Assembly (NCBI GenBank): GCA_963696385.1
Contig: CAVOKF010000008.1
Span: forward strand, 416,001 to 480,000
Length of the DNA: 64,000 nt
Direction of reading: 5' to 3'
Source of the DNA: an uncultured delta proteobacterium
GTDB taxonomy: Bacteria > Myxococcota_A > Polyangia > Polyangiales > Polyangiaceae
This document shows, piece after piece, positions 58,960 to 64,000 of the stretch. The position numbers were made by a program, and so were the translations under genes. The notes below the pieces were generated by a model that was not told the DNA's origin, ran no database searches, and was given only the letters and a program-made list of their open reading frames with translations. Position 1 is the first letter of the stretch. Each line of letters starts with the position of its first letter.

Positions 58960-59741
58960 TGTTCCAGCACCTCGCCCTGAGCTACGCGGCCATGTGGGCG
59001 CTCGTAGGAGCCCGCATCTCGGGGTTCGTGGTCGTGTCCCCCTTCCCCGGCGCAAACGTCGGGACGACACCGCGCATCGGGCTGGTGGCCGCACTGTCCT
59101 GGGCCGCAAGCCTGTTCGCACCGGCGGACGCGGTGCCCCACGAAATCGGCCTACCGCTGCTCGTGGCGGTGGCTTGCGAGCTCGGCTGCGGGCTCCTCAT
59201 CGGAATCGCCTTCCGCTTCGTCTTCATGGCCGCGGAGGTCAGCGGCCAGCTGTTGTCCGAGGGCATCGGGCTGTCCACCGCGTCGATCCTGAATCCGACG
59301 ATTGAAGCCCAGGACGCGATTTTTGCGCGCATCGTCACGCTCGTCGCCCTGCTGATCGCGCTTGCCGCCGGCGTGCATCGCGTGGCCCTCGGATACCTGC
59401 TGGCCTCGTTTCGCGCTCTGCCGATCGGGGTCGGCATGTCGTTCCCATCGACGTCGATGGCCATGGTCGACCTGGTGGTCACGTCGTTCGTCGTCGGCGT
59501 GCGGCTGGCCATGCCTGTCATCGCGGTGTCGTTCGTCGTGCACCTCGGCCTCGGAATGATCGCGCGCGCCGCACCCGCCTTGCAGATCTTCAGCGTCGGT
59601 TTCAGCGTCTTGCTCGTCACCGGCTTCTTCGTCGTGATCTCGAGCATCCACGACATCGGGGCGGGTCTGAACGCGCATTTCGCGTCGGTCGGCCCCTGGC
59701 TCGACACGCTGCTGGTCGAACTGTCCGGGCAGGCGCCGTGA
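58959..59741 (+). CDS. fliR: Export gate FliR
   Basis: RI.G.....P.., E...G.LIG, G.IARAAP.LQIF.VGF. Confidence 0.92.
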   Translation: MFQHLALSYAAMWALVGARISGFVVVSPFPGANVGTTPRIGLVAALSWAASLFAPADAVPHEIGLPLLVAVACELGCGLLIGIAFRFVFMAAEVSGQLLSEGIGLSTASILNPTIEAQDAIFARIVTLVALLIALAAGVHRVALGYLLASFRALPIGVGMSFPSTSMAMVDLVVTSFVVGVRLAMPVIAVSFVVHLGLGMIARAAPALQIFSVGFSVLLVTGFFVVISSIHDIGAGLNAHFASVGPWLDTLLVELSGQAP

Positions 59742-60823
59742 GCGAGGAGCAAGGCGAGAAGTCGTTCGATCCGACGCCGAAGCGGCGCGAACAGTTCCGC
59801 AAAGACGGGCGCTTCGCGCGATCCAAGGACGCCGGCGGCGTCGTGTCGACCGCGGCGGCGATCGGCGTTCTGCTCGGCTCGCGGGCCGCGATCGGCCGGT
59901 CCATCCAGCTTCTTTTCATGGGCTGCTTCGCCGATCTCGGAGCCGTCGGCCGCCACGACGCCGACGGGGTGACGAGTGCCGCCCTGACGGTCCTCGGGGT
60001 CCTGGTGGCGCCCACGGCCCTCGCGGCCGCCGTGGGCGCCACGGCCGCGGGGGTCGCCCAAGCCGGACTGCACGTCAACCTCGAGGCCGTTGGTTTCAAG
60101 CCGGAGCGGCTCAATCCCTTGCCGCGGCTGCAGCAGCTTTTTTCACCCAAAAAGGGCAGCGTCCAAGCTCTCTTGAGCCTGCTGCGGGTCGGACTCGTCG
60201 GATACGTGGGCTACCGCGCTCTGCTCATCGAGCTGCCGGACCTGCTGAGCCTCAGTCGCGTCGGAGTCGACGTCGGGGCGACGCACATCATGGACGCCGC
60301 GGTGCGAGTTTTGCTCAATGCCCTGTTCGCCCTCGCGCTCGTGTCGGGCGTCGAATACGTGCAGAGCCGATTTTCGATCAGCAAAGAGATGAAGATGACC
60401 CGCCGCGAGGTCATGGACGAAAATCGATCGAGCGAAGGCGACCAGAAGTCCAAAGCACGCATGCGATCGCGCGCCCGCGCGCTCGCGCGAAAGCGTTCGA
60501 TCGCCAACGTGAAGGGTGCGACCGTCGTCGTCGCCAACCCCACGCACATCTCGGTGGCGCTGCGGTATTCACCGACGGACCCCGCCCCCGTCGTGGTGGC
60601 CAAAGGACACGACGACGTCGCGCTGCAGATTCGCGCCGAAGCGCGCAAGCACGGCATTCCCATTCTGGAAAACCGCGCGCTCGCGAGAGCGCTCGACGCG
60701 GAGGTCCACATCGGACAACCGATTCCGGCGGCGCACTTTGCCGCCGTCGCACGCATCCTGGCCTTCGTATTCAAGCTGCGCGGCGTGGCGACGGCACAAG
60801 GGGTGCGAGGGCGGGGTCCGTGA
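59738..60823 (+). CDS. flhB: FlhB
   Basis: EK.F.PT.KR, EGD, autocleavage motif NPTH. Confidence 0.95.
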   Translation: MSEEQGEKSFDPTPKRREQFRKDGRFARSKDAGGVVSTAAAIGVLLGSRAAIGRSIQLLFMGCFADLGAVGRHDADGVTSAALTVLGVLVAPTALAAAVGATAAGVAQAGLHVNLEAVGFKPERLNPLPRLQQLFSPKKGSVQALLSLLRVGLVGYVGYRALLIELPDLLSLSRVGVDVGATHIMDAAVRVLLNALFALALVSGVEYVQSRFSISKEMKMTRREVMDENRSSEGDQKSKARMRSRARALARKRSIANVKGATVVVANPTHISVALRYSPTDPAPVVVAKGHDDVALQIRAEARKHGIPILENRALARALDAEVHIGQPIPAAHFAAVARILAFVFKLRGVATAQGVRGRGP

Positions 60824-62905
60824 GCACCGAGGCCGTCGCGATCTCGACCCCCTCTCGCGGGGCCGACATCATCATTCCGCTCGGGATCATCGGCATCGTC
60901 CTCATGATGGTGTTGCCGATCCCGGCGATGCTTCTCGACATCTTGCTGTCGTTCTCGCAGGCGCTCGCCATCGGGGTGTTCCTGACGGCGCTCTTCATCG
61001 AAGAAGCGCTCGAATTCAGCGCATTTCCGGCGTTCGTTCTCATCGCCACGCTCTTAAGATTGAGCCTGAACGTCGCGACGACGCGCCTGATTCTTCTGCA
61101 CGGAGGCGAAGGAGCGGGCGCCGCCGGATCGGTGGTGGAGGCCTTCGGGCGCTTCGTGGTCGAGGGCAACGTGCTGGTCGGGCTCGTGGTCTTCTTGATC
61201 CTGGCGGTCATCAACTTCGTGGTCGTCACCAAAGGCGCCGGGCGCGTCGCCGAGGTCTCGGCTCGGTTCACCTTGGACGCCATGCCCGGCAAGCAGATGG
61301 CGATCGATGCGGACCTGTCGTCGGGTTCGATCAACAACGACCAGGCGCGCGGCCGACGAAAGAAACTCGAACGGGAGGCGGATTTCTACGGAGCCATGGA
61401 CGGAGCCAGCAAGTTCGTTCACGGCGACGCCGTGGCCGGCCTGCTCATCACCGCCATCAACTTGATCGGCGGGCTCATCCTCGGCGTATCGCGGGGCATG
61501 GATTTGTCGAAAGCCGCCGAAACGTTCTCGGTTCTGAGCGTCGGCGATGCGCTGGCGTCGCAGATTCCGGCGCTGCTCATCTCCGCCGCCTCCGGCATCG
61601 TCGTCACGAGAAGCGCGACCGGCGATCAGCTCGGCCGTGCGTTCGGCACGCAGCTCTTCGGCCGTCGGAAACCCGTCGCGATGACCGCCGGAATTTTGAC
61701 GGTCCTCGCTCTGATGCCCGGGATGCCGACCGTGTCGTGCCTCATGCTCGCGGGTGGGTTTCTAATGCTTTCGCGCAAGATCGGCGCCCCTTCTGCCGTC
61801 GTGGCGAAGGTGGCCCCCCCGCCGGCCGCGAACGACCCGAAGCGCGCCGCGTCGGAAGTCGACGCTTCGCTGGCCCTCGATTTGCTGTCGCTCGAAGTCG
61901 GCTACGAGCTGGTCGGCCTCGTCGACGCGACGCGCGGCGGAACGCTGCTCGATCGGGTCGCCATGTTGCGACAGCAACTCGCCAAGGATCTGGGCATGAT
62001 CATGCCCCCGGTTCACGTGTGCGACAACCTTCAATTGCCGCCCGGCGCCTACCGGGTGCTCATCTCGGGCAATGCCGTGGGGGCCGGCAGCTGCAAGGCC
62101 GGGCGCCTGCTCGCCGTCGATCCGATCGGCCAGGCGCCTCCGATCCAGGGCGAAAAAACCATGGATCCGACGTTCGGCATGCCGGCCCGCTGGATTGCGG
62201 TGCGCGACAAGGAGATGGCGGAGGCGCTCGGATACACGGTGGTCGATCACGCGACCGTCATCGCGACCCATCTGGGCGAACTGCTTCGCGTCAACGCGCA
62301 CAAGCTCCTGGGGCGGCAGGAAGTCCAGCACTTGCTCGACGTCCTGGCCAAGACGGCACCGAAGATCGTCGACGACGTGGTTCCGAACTTGCTCTCTCTC
62401 GGTGACGTGGTCCGCATTCTCCGAAATCTGGTGCGCGAGGGCATCTCGATTCGAGATCTCGCGGACGATCCTCGACTCGCTCGGCGAACTCTCCGCGCAA
62501 ACGAAGGACATCGAACAACTCACGGAGCTGGTGCGCGAGCGGCTGGCCTCGCACATCACCTCACGCGTCAAGGGAGCCGACGGCAACGTCGCCGCCTTGA
62601 CGCTCGATCCGCGGCTCGAAGAGGTGCTCCGCAGGTCGCTGCGCGAGATCGCCACAGGCACCGGCGGCGCCCTCGATCCGGAGCTCCTGCGGACACTCGT
62701 CGCCAACGTCGAGCGGTCCGTCAAAAAGTTCACGGCCATCTCGGCCACACCGCTGGTCGTCACGTCTCCAGACTTGCGGCGCTACGTCCGCGCCGTCTTC
62801 GAACGCAAGATCCCCCAGCTCGCGGTCGTCTCGTTCCGCGAAATCGACCCGACGGCGCCGATCCAGGTCCTCGACCGGCTCGCGCCCAATGCTCTCGCTC
62901 AGTGA
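60820..62905 (+). CDS. flhA: FlhA, with a +1 frameshift at about 62460
   Basis: RLSLNVATTRLIL, RVAEVSARFTLDAMPGKQMAIDADL, FYGAMDGASKFV; corrected junction SIRDLRTIL. Confidence 0.95.
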
Positions 62906-62912
62906 GGAGTCC

Positions 62913-64000
62913 ATGAAGACCCAGGTGTTCCGCGGTCGGACCGCTTTCGATGCACGCCGGGCGGCGACGGACGCTCTCGGCGACAACGCCGTCGTCCTGA
63001 CCACACGCGACGTGCCTCGCCGAGGAATCACGGGACTGTTCGGGGGCAGCGACGTCGAGATTGCGGCCGCCGTAGCGGAGCCGGCGACGGCGCCCCCGAC
63101 TGCCGGGGCGGCCGCGGCGAAGGGCCCGTTCGCCTCGAGTGCGTACGCGCAAGGCGAGAGCGCTCCGGCGCGCGATCCGATCGCCGCGCTTCGCGCGGAG
63201 CTGCGCAGCGAGATCCGGGCCCTCAAAATCGCGCTCGCGCGACCCGGGTCGGGCCCCTCGAACGACGTCGCAACCGAGATCGTCGCCATTCGCGATGCCA
63301 TCGAACAGCTGGCGCCCAAGGCCGCGCGCGGCGACAAGTCGACGGCGGTGGTACGCGCCCATGGGATCGAAGGGGGCGCCGCCATCGCTCTCGCACGCGC
63401 GACGCGGGCGAAGGGCGACGCGGATACCACCCTCGAGGAGCGCTTTCGCAACGCGCTTTCCGAGCTGGTGCAGCTGAAGGCCTGGCCTCTGTCGGGCGAA
63501 GGTCGCGCCGTCATCGCGGTCGTGGGCCCCGCAGGCGTCGGCAAGACGACGACCCTCGCGAAGCTCGCGGCCCGCGCCCGAATGGACAACAAGACCGTGA
63601 CGCTGGTCGCTTGCGACACGTTCCGGGTGGGCGGCGTTGCCCAGATCGAGCGCTACGCCGACCTGCTCGGCGTGCCGTGCGAGACGGCTCGCGACGCCGA
63701 CGAGCTCGCGAGCATCCTGGCGGCGGTGCGAACCCAGTTCGTCTTCGTCGATACGGCCGGAAAGGAGCCGGCGGCAAACGCAACCGAGCGTCTTCTCGCC
63801 ACCGACCGCTTCGCCGCCACCGACGCGTGCCGAGGCTTCGCCCGTCACGTTCTCGTCTGTGTGCCGGCGGCGATCCGCGCGATCGATGCGACGCGCGTGG
63901 CGCGATCGTTTTCGGCGACCAACCCGACCGCCGTGGCGATCACCAAGCTCGACGAGACCGAGGCTCCGTCCGGCGTCGTCCATGCGACCTTCGCGTCGAA
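62913..64000 (+). CDS. flhF: FlhF SRP-family GTPase, runs off the window
   Basis: Manual translation from ATG 62913: GPAGVGKTTTLAKLA, DTFRVG, DTAG, TKLDE. Confidence 0.92.
   Translation, partial: MKTQVFRGRTAFDARRAATDALGDNAVVLTTRDVPRRGITGLFGGSDVEIAAAVAEPATAPPTAGAAAAKGPFASSAYAQGESAPARDPIAALRAELRSEIRALKIALARPGSGPSNDVATEIVAIRDAIEQLAPKAARGDKSTAVVRAHGIEGGAAIALARATRAKGDADTTLEERFRNALSELVQLKAWPLSGEGRAVIAVVGPAGVGKTTTLAKLAARARMDNKTVTLVACDTFRVGGVAQIERYADLLGVPCETARDADELASILAAVRTQFVFVDTAGKEPAANATERLLATDRFAATDACRGFARHVLVCVPAAIRAIDATRVARSFSATNPTAVAITKLDETEAPSGVVHATFAS

Noticed and set aside
45740..62905. Non-flagellar type III secretion system
   Set aside because: Rod, hook, L/P rings, MotAB, FlgM and FlhF are present; no secretin.

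Overview
High-GC bacterial DNA that looks myxobacterial (Myxococcota, probably Polyangiales-like). This is inferred from Asp/Ala/Gly-repeat lipoproteins, a MYXO-CTERM-like tail, Cys-rich secreted proteins and an oxidosqualene cyclase. Left half: two-component genes; a compact sterol cassette (oxidosqualene cyclase, one-enzyme squalene synthase, squalene epoxidase) followed by an MmpL-type RND transporter; six co-oriented secreted/surface genes ending in a beta-barrel and a 1535-aa metzincin lipoprotein; a PrsW-like protein with a degenerate active site; two kinases; rpsT; tRNA-Glu; a TPR-sulfotransferase; and a MauG/BthA-like dihaem enzyme next to a frameshifted phosphoesterase. Right half (34.9 kb to the end): one contiguous flagellar cluster (FleQ-like activator, fliW-csrA, flgLKNMJIHAG, motBA, flbD, flgBC, fliEFGHIJK, flgDE, fliLMNOPQR, flhBAF) with sigma54- and sigma28-like promoters. 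That is unexpected for a gliding lineage. Ten single-base insertions (phosphoesterase x6, fliI, fliJ, flgD, flhA) look like systematic sequencing errors. All calls come from motif recognition by eye; no database search was run.
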